DNA of 64,000 nucleotides. It comes from Carcharhinus longimanus. Taxonomy: Eukaryota. The number at the start of each line of letters is the position of its first letter. Within the stretch, counting starts at the first letter, position 1. The DNA is taken from positions 47,111,408 to 47,175,407 of the forward strand of contig JASCQW010000122.1 in NCBI GenBank assembly GCA_030264375.1, given 5' to 3'. Below the pieces are notes generated by a model that was not told the origin of the DNA, searched no databases, and was given only the letters and a program-made list of their open reading frames with translations. Positions 1 through 11,209 of the stretch are shown in pieces. Position numbers and translations under genes: made by a program.

Positions 1-882
1 CTTATGCAACAACCTATCATGTGGTACCTTGTCAAAGGCCTTGCTAAAGTCCACGTAGGTAACATTGACTGCACTGCCTTCATTTACCTTCTTGGTGACC
101 CCTTCAAAAAACTTAATCAAATTCATGAGACATGATTTTCTACTCACAAATCCATGTCGACTGTCCCTAATTAGTCCTTGCCTCTCTAAATGCCTGTAGC
201 TCTTGTTTCAAAGAATATCTTCTAGCAACTTACCCACTACAGACATTAGGCTCACCAGCCTGTAGTTCCCAGGCTTTTCCATATAGCCCTTCTTAAACAA
301 AGGCACAACATTTACCACCCTCCAATCTTCAGGCACCTCACCTGTGGCTGTCGATAGTTCAAATATCTCTGCTGGGGGACCTGCAATTTCCTCCCCAGCC
401 TCCTACAATGTCCTGGGATATATTTCATCAAGTCCTGGAGATTCATCTACCGTGCTGCGCTTTAAGACTTCCAGCACCTCCTCCTGTGTAAAATGTACAC
501 TCCTCAAGATATCACTATTTATTTCCCCACATTCCCTAACATCCATGTCTTTCTCAGTAGTAAATACTGATGCAAAATATTCATTGAGGATCGTGCCTAT
601 CTCTTGTGAATGTGCACACAGATGACCCTGTTGATCCTTAACAGGCCCTATTCTCTCCCTAGTTACTCTTTTATATACAAGCTCTTTGGATTCTCCTTTA
701 CTTTACCTGTCGAAGCAAGCTCACGTCCTTGTTGCCCTCCTGATTTCTCTTTTAACTCGACTCCGACACCCTCTTTTTTCTCAAGGATCCACTTGATCTA
801 AGCTGCCTATGCATGCTATCTGCCTCCTTTTTCTTCTGAACCAGGGCCTCAATATTCCAAGTCATTCATGGTTCCCTACTTC
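1..882 (-). mobile_element. CR1-clade LINE ORF2 fragment (reverse transcriptase region), decayed
   Basis: Reverse strand of 1-177 translates to GLIRDSRHGFVSRKSCLMNLIKFFEGVTKKVNEGSAVNVTYVDFSKAFDKVPHDRLLHK, the typical CR1 RT HGF..SCL.NL..F / DFSKAFDKVPH motifs. Confidence 0.93.
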
Positions 883-1405
883 TATAAAGGTTAAATGTCT
901 CATCAGAAGGGTGTAGAGAATCTATGTAAAACTGTTAGAAAGTTTATGTAAAATTCCACAATCAGGGGAAAAGAACATGTTGATATAAACAAAGACTACT
1001 TACATGGGTGAACAGCTAGCTAGTAAGCCTGGAGACCTCTAATATTTAGATGGTCTGAGTGAGTAGACAAAGCAAGCAATACAAAGCCGAAGACTGATAG
1101 CAACAAGCACGAGGGAAGAGACTACAAAGAGCTAAAGAGAGTCAGAAAAATCGATCAATCTTGGGATAACAGACACCCTGGATTGTGATCATTCGCAAAT
1201 TGTTTAATGTGAAACTTAAATCTGACAATGTTGGAATGTAAGCAATGTCTTGCCGACTTGACTTACAATGTATAAATATTGCATGGTCCTTCAGCTGGTT
1301 AGAGTGCCCCAGAGACCCTTCCTCAAGGTTGTGCTCTCTCAACACGGTGGTGAACAAACATTCTCTCTTCTGAGATTATTTCCAACAACAAACTGCTCCG
1401 CAACA
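883..1405 (+). mobile_element. Putative 5' LTR of an LTR retroelement (Gypsy or ERV-like)
   Basis: About 520 bp starting at the CR1 junction (TATAAAGG, possibly decayed TGTAAAGG). Contains TATAAAT at ~1271 and a degenerate polyA signal AACAAA at ~1353. Ends in CAACA immediately before a PBS. Confidence 0.6.
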
Positions 1406-1407
1406 AT

Positions 1408-1425
1408 TGGCGCTGGGAGCAGGGT
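1408..1425 (+). other. Primer binding site complementary to the tRNA-Ser 3' end
   Basis: TGGCGCTGGGAGCAGGGT lies 2 nt after the CA end. It matches 16/18 to the complement of vertebrate tRNA-Ser(TGA) (TGGCGCAGCGAGCAGGGT) or tRNA-Ser(CGA) (TGGCGCTGTGAGCAGGAT), as recalled. Confidence 0.7.
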
Positions 1426-1573
1426 ACTAATATTGGATTGCCAGAACAGTTCTGCATAAAGAGCGAGTACATTTTATTGACCATGCATTGTTAGTGTAGT
1501 AAGCCTGTCTGAGAATGGTCGGGTCGAGCATCAAAGAAGCTGGGAGAGGGAGGCATTAGGGTAAGGGTCAGAG

Positions 1574-1960
1574 TTGTGCAGGCAGGATTATCGGTTGATT
1601 AGATCATTGTTCCAGCTGTGCAGATCAGCCCAGACAGACCCCTTGTTGCCAGAAAGGCAGAAATACATTTGTAAACAAGTGCAGAGGATTGTCAGGGCAG
1701 GGAATGGTCATGCAGAAGACAAGCGTAGGAAACTGATTGATAAAATTTTAAAAACTTCGGTTGGCCAAACTATAAATAAAACACAGTCTCGCATCAAACT
1801 ATTCTGGCTGTGATTTTCCCAGGAAATGACTAAAGGTGCAATCATACAAAAAAAAATTCTGAGTGTTGATCGAGTGAGAAAACGAGGGAGTTTCGGACTC
1901 ATTTTTTTTGAGCAAGTTTGGAATTGCAATCTAATGGCACTTAGTGCAAAAGAGAAGTGC
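1574..1960 (+). pseudogene. Decayed ORF after the PBS, possible gag N-terminus
   Basis: ORFs 1574-1813 and 1826-2059 are in the same frame, separated by a single TGA. Their position matches the gag start. No diagnostic motif recognised. Confidence 0.3.
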
Positions 1961-2409
1961 CAGGATGTGATTCTCACCAGCAGGAGATCTGCTGGTGAGA
2001 ACACCCCCATCCGTCCCAGGGATGACAGTATTCTCCTCCCCCCACCCCGGCATCCCTGAGGAACATTGGGATACCCCCTACAGATGTCGCCAGCCCTCCT
2101 ACAGATAATGCGACTCTGCTGATCACACCCTACCCCCGCAGATTTCTCTCCCTCCCTCCCCCGACCGCTGACCACCCCCATGGCAGAATGCCCCTCTTAG
2201 CCCACATCAATTCCCCCAGCAGAGTTTCCTGGCAAAACAGTGCTGGCACGATCAAGGGAAGAAAAAGAAACTGGGCGCAAACCTGATTATTTGCCTCTCG
2301 CCTGATCTTAGCACCTCGTCTCACTGAAAGTCAGGCGGGACATGGTTGGAAGATCACAGCTTAAGCATCATAATAGTGAGAAAACCAGATGACGAATGCC
2401 GCAGTGGAC

Positions 2410-3192
2410 CAGATTGCAACGGTCCCACACTTTTTTTTCTAAGAGAACGATGAGTTGTGCGCCGGTTCTGAGAGGGGCGGGGTCTCAACACGCCTAGGAG
2501 GCTGACTGCAATGGGATCAGGTACGATTTTGAAAGGCCTCCCGATCTCTCAGTGCTCTGCAAAACCCCCTCCCTCCCCCCAACGGTCACTGGCACCCTCA
2601 TGGATGGCATGTTTTGCCACCTGCTCCCCGACACAGAGCCATACCAATGGGTCCTTTGCATGGGCCCCAACATGCCCCTCTTCAAGCCCATCTCTCTTGT
2701 GCCCCTGTTCATGCTGCACCACTTCATGATGCCCCCTGCCATCATAACCCCATCTCACTCAGGTCCACCTCCACTCAGCCCCCACCCCCTTGCCAGTGCC
2801 AACAGGGCACCCTGGCAGTTCCAAATTGGCACTGCCTGGGTGCCAGGTGGCCATTGCCATGTGGGCACAATCCAGCCAAGTCTCCGGCCATAAAGGAGCT
2901 TCAGTGGCTTCTGAGTCCCGAGGTGTGGCTATCATGCCTGGTCTCAGTTGATGGAGATCAGTAGCAATCATTGTCAGTCTTGCGCTGTGACCAAGGGTCA
3001 GAATATGGCTGGAGCTGGTAGAATCCGGCATCAAATGGACTAAGCATATTTCAATGTGACTTAAAATATGCTAATTAGCCCTGCACCCATCCGGTATAAT
3101 GGGACTAGGATGATTGCAAATCATTTGGCGCAGGACACTAAACCCGTTCTTCAGCCTGCATGCGATTTTTGGGGATTGTCGCAATCTGCACC
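2410..3192. mobile_element. GC-rich non-autonomous inverted-repeat element (possibly Harbinger-derived)
   Basis: GC-rich island with internal GTGCC/GGCAC repeats. The left end (cccacacttttttttctaag) resembles the reverse complement of the end of the 24725-26097 element. Confidence 0.45.
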
Positions 3193-3619
3193 AAGAGCGG
3201 AGTGTCTGGAAAATCACCCACCCACTCTCTTGGTGAAGAAGTATTTTGCAAACCTCAATCAAAGGCCATTCAGAACGGCACACAAGCTGATAATGAAAAG
3301 TACAGCTCTTTAGATGATCACGAGGGGAGAAGCAGGCCTCAGTCTAAGACTAGAAATACAATCTAGCATTGAGTCAACTTGTGAAGTCTCTTCGGGTCTC
3401 ATAAACATTCAGTCTTGTACTCTCCTTTCCTTGTACCAGCGAGCTAAGGACAATTAAAGTTAAATGTAGCAAATGAGTTTACTGTATCTTTTTGAAATAT
3501 GCTAGTGAGAGTGTTGTTGCTGTCATATTTAGTCCCAATGGGGAAAAATTGTAGAATTAATTTGGACAGGAAACTAAACTTCATTTATTTTGAACTTCGT
3601 TTAATTTGGTATCAAATTT

Positions 3620-3775
3620 GGGCGGCACAGTAGTACAGTGGTTAGCACTGCTGCTTCACAGCTTCAGGGTCCTGGGTTTGATTCCCGGCTCGAGTCACTG
3701 CCTGTGTGGAGTTTGCACATTCTCCTCGTGTCTGCGTGGGTTTCCTCCGGGTACTCCAGTTTCCTCCCACAGTCC
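3620..3775 (+). mobile_element. HE1-type V-SINE, 5' half (cut by gap)
   Basis: tRNA-like head GGGCGGCACAGTAGTACAGTGGTTAGCACTG, B-box GGTTTGATTCCC, and V-domain GTCTGCGTGGGTTTCCTCCGGGTACTCCAGTTTCCTCCCAC. Confidence 0.92.
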
Positions 3776-3875
3776 NNNNNNNNNNNNNNNNNNNNNNNNN
3801 NNNNNNNNNNNNNNNNNNNNNNNNNNNNNNNNNNNNNNNNNNNNNNNNNNNNNNNNNNNNNNNNNNNNNNNNNNN

Positions 3876-4220
3876 GTGGCACAGTGGTTAGCACTGCTGC
3901 CTCACAGCGCCAGGGAGCTGGGTTCAATTCCTGGCTTGGGTCACTGTCTGTGTGGAATCTGTTCTCATTGTGTCTGTGTGGGTTTCCTCCGGGTGCTCTG
4001 GTTTCCTCCCACACTCCAAAGATGTGCAGGTTAGGTGGGCTAGCCATGCTAAGTTGCCCCTTAGTGTCCAAAGATGAATAGGCTAGGGGGATGAGCAGGT
4101 TAAATGTGTGGGGTTACGGGGATAAGCAGAGGTTAGGCCTTGGTAAGATGCTTTGTCGGAGAGTCAGTGCACAGTCAAATGGCCTCCTTCTGTGCTGCAA
4201 GGATTCTATGATTTCTATGA
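3876..4220 (+). mobile_element. HE1-type V-SINE with CR1/HER1-type tail
   Basis: tRNA head, V-domain and tail ending GGATTCTATGATTTCTATGA. Confidence 0.92.
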
Positions 4221-4327
4221 ATTCCGCGAGCAAGGAAAGCAGTGATAGAGGGACAGGCCCATGTCATGGACTGCTTGAAAATTCATCTCAATGTTCTTAT
4301 TGCGCCAGCCAGTGAAAACAAGACAAA

Positions 4328-4508
4328 GAACGAGATTCTCTGGCCTCCCCAGTTATGTGTTTCCCGCCAGCAGGAGGTGGCGTTTTGTTTGCTAGCGGCG
4401 GGATTCTCTGGTTTCCTTTCTGATTCTCTGGAAAATCCATGGGCGGGCGTGTGCTGCCGGCGGAATCGGAGAATCCCACTGGCGTGAACGGCCAGAGAAT
4501 TCCGGCCA
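4328..4508. mobile_element. Short palindromic MITE-like element
   Basis: Ends GAGATTCTCTGGCC ... GGCCAGAGAATTCC are inverted. There is an internal pair GCGGGATTCTC / GAGAATCCCAC. Confidence 0.65.
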
Positions 4509-4604
4509 AAATCTTTTTGTGACCACCTGAATAAACTTTTCTCAGAAGGTATTAGCTGCAGTCCGATGCATAAATCACCTGCAGGTCTGTGAAGGGGAAA
4601 AGTT

Positions 4605-5122
4605 TAGTTAGATCAAATGTGGGCCCATTATAGGTGGGGACATGAGAACCAGGAACCAGAGTGGAGACCAGGAAAATGGCAGAGGAATTAAACAGTTACT
4701 TTGAATGGTGGAACGAGTTCCACAGGCCGAATGGCATGTTCTTGTTACTATGTTCCTACGAGCGCTGTGAATTCATGCAAAACAGCAATCAATGCACTTG
4801 ATGAGGGTGAAAAGAATTTGCGTTTATATAACATCTTTCATGGCCTCAGGAGCTATAAACTAAATGGCAGAACCATCAGGAGCATACACTTACAGAGAGA
4901 TCTGAGAGTACAGGTCCACAGATTCTTAAAAGTGGCAGCACAGGTGGAAAAGGAGTTGGAGAAAGCATATGGCATACTTGCCTTCGTTGGCCAGGGCATT
5001 GGGTATAAAAATTGGCAAATGATGTTACAGTTATATAAAACGTTGGTTAGGCCACATTTGAAATACAGCGTCCAATTCTGGTTGCCATACTACCAGAAGG
5101 ACGTGGAGACTTTGGAGGGTGT
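4605..5122 (+). mobile_element. Cluster of CR1 LINE fragments (ORF2 pieces and a 3' tail)
   Basis: NVGPL..MAEELNSYF piece, a 3' tail piece, then YKLNG..QRDLRVQVH..AYGILAF..LQLYKTLVRPHLKYSVQFW (CR1 ORF2 C-terminus). Confidence 0.88.
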
Positions 5123-5123
5123 A

Positions 5124-5461
5124 CGCGGTAGCACAGTGGTTAGCACTGCTGCTTCACAGCGTCTGGGTTCGATTCCCAGCTCAGGTCACTGTCTGTGTGG
5201 AGTTTGCACATTCTCCTCATGTCTGTGTGGGTTTCCTCAGGGTACTCTGGTTTCCTCCCACAGTCCAAAGATGTGCGGGGTTAGGTTGATTGGCCATGCT
5301 AAGAAATTGCCCCTTAGTGTTCAGGGATGCGTAGGTTAGAGGGATTAGAGGGTATAATATATAGGGTTATGGGGGTAGGGCCTGGGTGGGACTGTGTTCG
5401 GTGTAGACTCGTTGGGCCGAAGGGCCTCTTTCTGCACTGTAGGATTCTATGATGTCTATGA
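5124..5461 (+). mobile_element. HE1-type V-SINE
   Basis: Head, V-domain and ATTCTATG tail. Confidence 0.92.
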
Positions 5462-5794
5462 TATTCTGCTTAAATTTGATATTCTATTTAGAATAAATTT
5501 AAGCTTAGCTAAAATTTGAAACAATTGTGTTTGGTCTGTTCAGGTTTAGAAATTGTTAAGCCAGCTTTTTCCCAAAGATAGAGATAACAACTGCAATTCG
5601 CAGAATTCAATTTGAACTTCCAAAGCACCTGAGTTAAAAGAAAACTGCTGAGTATAATTTACTTGGTTCACCAAGTAATTCTTTCAAATTTGGTTAAGTA
5701 GCAAATATTGGAAATTGAAAATTGGCTTAAAGAAGATAAGGACAGACAAAAGAGATTACATCTGAGAGAAATTGATGAAGATAGAGAAAGAGAA

Positions 5795-6100
5795 GGTAGC
5801 ACTGCTGCCTCACAGCCCCAAGGACCAGGGTTCAATTCCGGCTTCGGGTCACTGTCTGTGTGGAGTTTGCACATTCTCCCCGTGTCTGCATGGGTTTCCT
5901 CTGGGTGCTCCCATTTCCCCCCAAAATCCAAAATGTGTGGGTTAGGTTGATTGGCCATGCTCAATTGATCCTAGTGTTAGGGGGGATTAGGAGGGTAAAT
6001 TTGTGGGTTACGGGAATAGTGCCTGGGTGGGATTGTGGTCGGTGCAGACTCAATGGGCTGAATGCCCTCCTACTGCACTACAGGGATTCTATGATTCTAT
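5795..6100 (+). mobile_element. HE1-type V-SINE, slightly 5'-truncated
   Basis: TAGCACTGCTGCCTCACAG ... GGGATTCTATGATTCTAT. Confidence 0.92.
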
Positions 6101-6920
6101 AAAGAGAGGCTTTTTACAATTATGTAAAATTATGCAATTTCATGCTGAGTTTTCTTCACCCATTCTATAGAAAAGTTAACCATTTCAACAGACAGTTCAT
6201 TTGATGTAAATCGCTCTGAAACTCATACGACTATGATCCTGCATGTGTCTTGATAGAAGATTCAGCTGTGGACTTGTGGGAACTTGACACTACCAGTTGA
6301 ATGTGGAAATTTTAAGCACAGCCTGGAGGAATTTGGAATAAGTGTGCGAATTTTATTGTCCTGTCATATCACTCCCAGAGAAAGAACAAGCATTTTGCAG
6401 GTGGTCATGTGTTTGGGTGGGAATGCATTTGACATTTTGAATCAACAAAGAGTAGGTTATGCCTATAAAATCAGTCATTGGGATCAGTCAGATATTTTAA
6501 TTTTAATCAAGGAATCGAGAGTTTGGAGAGCCGTACTGCGATAAACCATAGCTGTTAGAGTAAACTGAGAATTAACTGTTTGAAACTTGTGGGCTGTGAG
6601 AACCTGTGTGTTTTGTTTGCTTTACGTAGATGTTCATAGATTTGTGTTACCATTGTTTTGGGCTTATCTTTCTGGGGAATTAACCTTATCCTGCGTTTTA
6701 ATTGCAGCTATTTCAAAAATTTAAAAACAGAACCGCAAGCAGCACTGACATATTTCATTCTGGTTATCAGGTTCCTGACACAATTGGCAAATGGAAAAGG
6801 AACATTTTGAGATTGGATACTGAGGAAAGTGTTCACATGGAGAGGCTGTTAAGTAAGAGAGATTTTAAATGAACCTGAGTCCCAGGCTGTGGTCTTGTTA
6901 GATTAAAACGAAAAGATAGC

Positions 6921-7232
6921 AACTTATGAATTAGGAGCAGAAGTAGGCCATTCAGCCCTTCGAGCCTGCTGCACCATTTAAACAGATCATGGCTGATCAC
7001 TCCCTGGTCTCAAATCCATCTGCCTACCTGCTCCCCATATTAATTTAACCCGTTTTTTTAATATCAGAAAAATATCAATAGGAACAGAGGAGAACTATCT
7101 GTAAGACCATAACACATAGAAGCAGAATTAGGCCACTCGGCCCAGCGAGTCTGCTCCGCCATTCAATCATGGCTGATATTTTTCTCATCCCCATTCACCT
7201 GCCTTTTCCCCACAACCCCCGATCCCCTTATT
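6921..7232 (-). mobile_element. Two CR1 LINE 3' ends
   Basis: Reverse-oriented CR1 3' UTR motif (GGAGCAGAAGTAGGCCATTCAGCCC..CCATTCAATCATGGCTGAT) occurs twice. Confidence 0.8.
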
Positions 7233-8109
7233 NNNNNNNNNNNNNNNNNNNNNNNNNNNNNNNNNNNNNNNNNNNNNNNNNNNNNNNNNNNNNNNNNNNN
7301 NNNNNNNNNNNNNNNNNNNNNNNNNNNNNNNNNNNNNNNNNNNNNNNNNNNNNNNNNNNNNNNNNNNNNNNNNNNNNNNNNNNNNNNNNNNNNNNNNNNN
7401 NNNNNNNNNNNNNNNNNNNNNNNNNNNNNNNNNNNNNNNNNNNNNNNNNNNNNNNNNNNNNNNNNNNNNNNNNNNNNNNNNNNNNNNNNNNNNNNNNNNN
7501 NNNNNNNNNNNNNNNNNNNNNNNNNNNNNNNNNNNNNNNNNNNNNNNNNNNNNNNNNNNNNNNNNNNNNNNNNNNNNNNNNNNNNNNNNNNNNNNNNNNN
7601 NNNNNNNNNNNNNNNNNNNNNNNNNNNNNNNNNNNNNNNNNNNNNNNNNNNNNNNNNNNNNNNNNNNNNNNNNNNNNNNNNNNNNNNNNNNNNNNNNNNN
7701 NNNNNNNNNNNNNNNNNNNNNNNNNNNNNNNNNNNNNNNNNNNNNNNNNNNNNNNNNNNNNNNNNNNNNNNNNNNNNNNNNNNNNNNNNNNNNNNNNNNN
7801 NNNNNNNNNNNNNNNNNNNNNNNNNNNNNNNNNNNNNNNNNNNNNNNNNNNNNNNNNNNNNNNNNNNNNNNNNNNNNNNNNNNNNNNNNNNNNNNNNNNN
7901 NNNNNNNNNNNNNNNNNNNNNNNNNNNNNNNNNNNNNNNNNNNNNNNNNNNNNNNNNNNNNNNNNNNNNNNNNNNNNNNNNNNNNNNNNNNNNNNNNNNN
8001 NNNNNNNNNNNNNNNNNNNNNNNNNNNNNNNNNNNNNNNNNNNNNNNNNNNNNNNNNNNNNNNNNNNNNNNNNNNNNNNNNNNNNNNNNNNNNNNNNNNN
8101 NNNNNNNNN

Positions 8110-8185
8110 TGACCCGAGCCAGGAATCGAACCCAGGACCCTGGAGCTGTGAAGCAGCAGTGCTAACCCACTGTGCTACCGTGCTG
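8110..8185 (-). mobile_element. HE1-type SINE head (cut by gap)
   Basis: Reverse complement of the tRNA-like head with A and B boxes. Confidence 0.85.
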
Positions 8186-8354
8186 CATTCTAATTTAGAT
8201 GAGTTGGTATTCTTAAAAACAAGTGGGAGAAAATAATTGACACTTAAAGAGATTTTAAGAAAACAATAAAAAACACAGTTTATCTGGCTTCGATGGATAC
8301 AAGAACAAGGTTTCTTTTAAAGAGATGAAATCGACATTAATAGAAATCTGGGTC

Positions 8355-10525
8355 TCCAGAGATTAATCCATGTAAGAATCTGCTCCACAACATTACCAAC
8401 AACATTGGTAGGAAGAGGGTTGAGGTCCAGAAAACAGATTTTAGGAAGCTTTAAAAGAAATTAGAAAGCAGTAAACTCATAAATATACCCAAGGCCATGT
8501 GCAAGTGAGCACAGGAATAGCAGAATTCAGCACTTGAACATGTGGCTGGAGAACTGCTGAAAAGAGGGAGGACATCAGATTTCCGAGACACTGGCATCAG
8601 TTCCGGGACAGAGAGGCCTGCACAAGTGGGACACGTTGCATCTCAGCAGAATCAGGATTAACATCCTCGCAAGGAAGATTTGCTGGTGCTGTCGGAAGGG
8701 TTTAAACTAGACTGGCAGAGAATTGAAACCTGAGCGGGAGCTCAGAACAGAGGGATGCAAAACTGGTAACAGGAAGTAAAAAACAAGCTAGCAAAATTAG
8801 AAGGTCGATGGAGAGAAGGCAGGCATCAAATAAGATCAGAATGCAAAATAAGATAAAAAGACAAAAGAAAGGGCATTTGATTTGAATGCAAGCAGCACTC
8901 ACAGGAAGATAGATGACTTGAAGGCCCAGATAGTGATAAATGGGTATGATTTATTCACGGAGATGTGGTTATAGGATGATAAAGACTGGGAACTGAATAT
9001 TTAAGGATGTTCATCATTGAGAAAGGATAGGCAAAAAGGAAAAGAAGGTGGGGTGGTGCTGTTAATAAAGGGATGAGATCAATGCATCGGTGAGATATGA
9101 TCTTAGACTTAAGGATCAAGATGTAGGAGTGCAGCTAAGAAACAACAAGCAGCAGCAAAATTGGAGGGTTTATAAGCCGCCAAATGCTAGTGGTAACGTT
9201 GGGTATGGTATAAATCAGGAGCTGTATGTAACATGGGTAATACAGTAATAACTGTGCAGACGGTGCAGAGGGACCTCGGGGTCCTTGTGCATGAGCGCAA
9301 AAACCCAGCTTGCAGGTGCAGCAGGTGGTCAGGAAGGCAAATGGGATGCTGGCCTTCATAGCGAGGGGGATTNNNNNNNNNNNNNNNNNNNNNNNNNNNN
9401 NNNNNNNNNNNNNNNNNNNNNNNNNNNNNNNNNNNNNNNNNNNNNNNNNNNNNNNNNNNNNNNNNNNNNNNNTCTTATTGAATGGCGGGGCAGGCTCGAA
9501 GGGCTAGATGGCCTACTCCTGCTCCTATTTCTTATGTTCTTATAATGGGTGAATTGAGTGAACGATAGATTGGGTAAATATAATTCACACTAATGCTATG
9601 GAGAATAAATTCCTGAAGTGTATATGAGATGGGTTTATGTAGGTTGAAGAACCAACTAGGTATTGGGTTATTTTAGATTTAGTATCATATAATGAGAAAG
9701 ATCTAATCAATAACACTGCTGTAAAAGAGCCTTTAGGAAATAGTCACCAAAGTATGATAGAATTTTACATTAAGTTTGAAAGTGATATGGCTCATTCTCA
9801 AACTACAGTCTTAAATCTAAACAAAGGAAACTATGATAGTATTATGAGCAAGTTGACTATGATGGATTGAGACAGTACATTAAAAGATATGAAGGCTGAC
9901 AGTCAATGGCTAGCATTTAAAGAAACATTACATAGTCTATAATAAATATACATTTATCTAAGACATAAAAACCCCAAAATGAAAGGTAGATCAACCATAG
10001 CTAACAAAATAAGTTAAAAATTGCATGAGATCAAAGGAAGTGGATGATAGGCTTGCCAGAAAAAAAATGGTAAATCCAAGGATTGGGGGCAATTTAAAAT
10101 AAAGAAAAAAAGCATCAAGAAATGGATAAAGAAATGGAAAAGAGCATATGAGTACCAGCTGGTGAGAAACATAAAGACAAACTATGAAGGATTCCTTCAG
10201 TATCTGAAAACTAAATCATTAACAAAGATGAATGTGGGTCCATTACAGGTGGAGAAGAAGAAATATTAATAGACAATAGGGAAATGGTAGAGAAACTAAC
10301 TAGTTACTTTGTGCTTGTCTTCATGGAGGAGGATACAGAAAATCTCCCAAAGATACCAGAGACCCAAGGGACCTATGAAAATGAGGAACTGAAAGAAGTT
10401 AGTATTTACGAGGAGGTAGTATTCAAAAAAAAAGGGATTGAAGGTTGTTACATCCCATGGACCAAAGGAGCTTCATCCCAGTTGTCAAAGGAGGTGGCTG
10501 GGGATGCAATGGTGGCTAACCTGTG
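8355..10525 (+). mobile_element. Old CR1 LINE remnant: ORF1 SGNH-esterase end, ORF2 APE endonuclease and linker
   Basis: Frameshifted TNNIGRKR..., HLNMWLEN..., KWDTLHL ..NILA (esterase-type ORF1), then LNA.S..K.D.L.AQI..NGYD, DWELNI, RKDRQKGKEGGV (endonuclease), later NVGPL. Confidence 0.82.
9253..9543 (+). mobile_element. Younger CR1 3' fragment nested in the older CR1 (contains a gap)
   Basis: VQRDLGVLVH..QVQQVVRKANGMLAFIARG plus 3' tail CCTACTCCTGCTCCTATTTCTTATGTTCTTAT. The host endonuclease sequence resumes after it. Confidence 0.85.
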
Positions 10526-11209
10526 AGTAGTTGATAATCCCTTTAAACAGTTCTGGTGGTCAGGGAGGAGGGTCGTTGGGGTCGGTGATGTTGTTTAATG
10601 CATGTTCAGCAATGCAAAGTTAAGAGAGGTGTCCACTGGAGGGTACAATTCTACAATGGTCATGCCAGCTATTCTGCATATTCCCAGCAGACATTAATTG
10701 CACCTTTGCTTACACCTTTACCAAGATAGCATCATGCACTTTGCACCAAACAGATTTTGTTCCACATACACCATTTTGCCACGTTATCTGAAGCTTAAAA
10801 GACGGCTACCAAGCCCAATTTTGCTGTGTTTGTTTGCAAGCTAACTAAATTTTCACATATATGTATGTCTGTTCGCTAATAGTTAAACTGTCAAAACAAC
10901 GAGGTAAAATCTAAGACTACTGATAATTCAAAGGGATTCAGACTTGTCCCATCCTTCATCCCAGTTTGTAGCTCGTTCTCAGTTGCCTGGAATCAGTCAT
11001 GGAATGTGTAGTCCCAGTACAGAATTCAATGTGATTCCTATAGACCATGATTTTCATCTACTCCGTGGACCAATTTCAATTTGCTCCCATACCGTCAACA
11101 TGATACCTCTGATATCCTGCTGCCACCTACCCTTACTGGCTGAATATGGTTTCAATACAATTTACAGTGAAAAATTAGTTACAATGAATTGTACAGAAAT
11201 TATAATCAA

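Noticed and set aside
2494-3034. Cluster of overlapping Pro/Gly-rich ORFs
   Set aside because: Expected in GC-rich repeat DNA: open in several frames on both strands with no domain motif.
3620-3695. tRNA genes (here and at other SINE heads)
   Set aside because: The A/B-box heads run directly into SINE bodies and recur as diverged copies; no complete cloverleaf is supported.
4701-5339. 212-aa ORF as a gene
   Set aside because: It is a chance fusion of a CR1 tail, a CR1 ORF2 fragment and an HE1 SINE.
6250-6800. Possible second LTR (TATAAAA at ~6464, ends GACACA-AT-TGG)
   Set aside because: The sequence after TGG does not match a tRNA 3' end I can recognise, and there is no visible similarity to the 883-1405 LTR.
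7169-8236. 355-aa ORF and other X-rich ORFs
   Set aside because: They are open only because they span N gaps.
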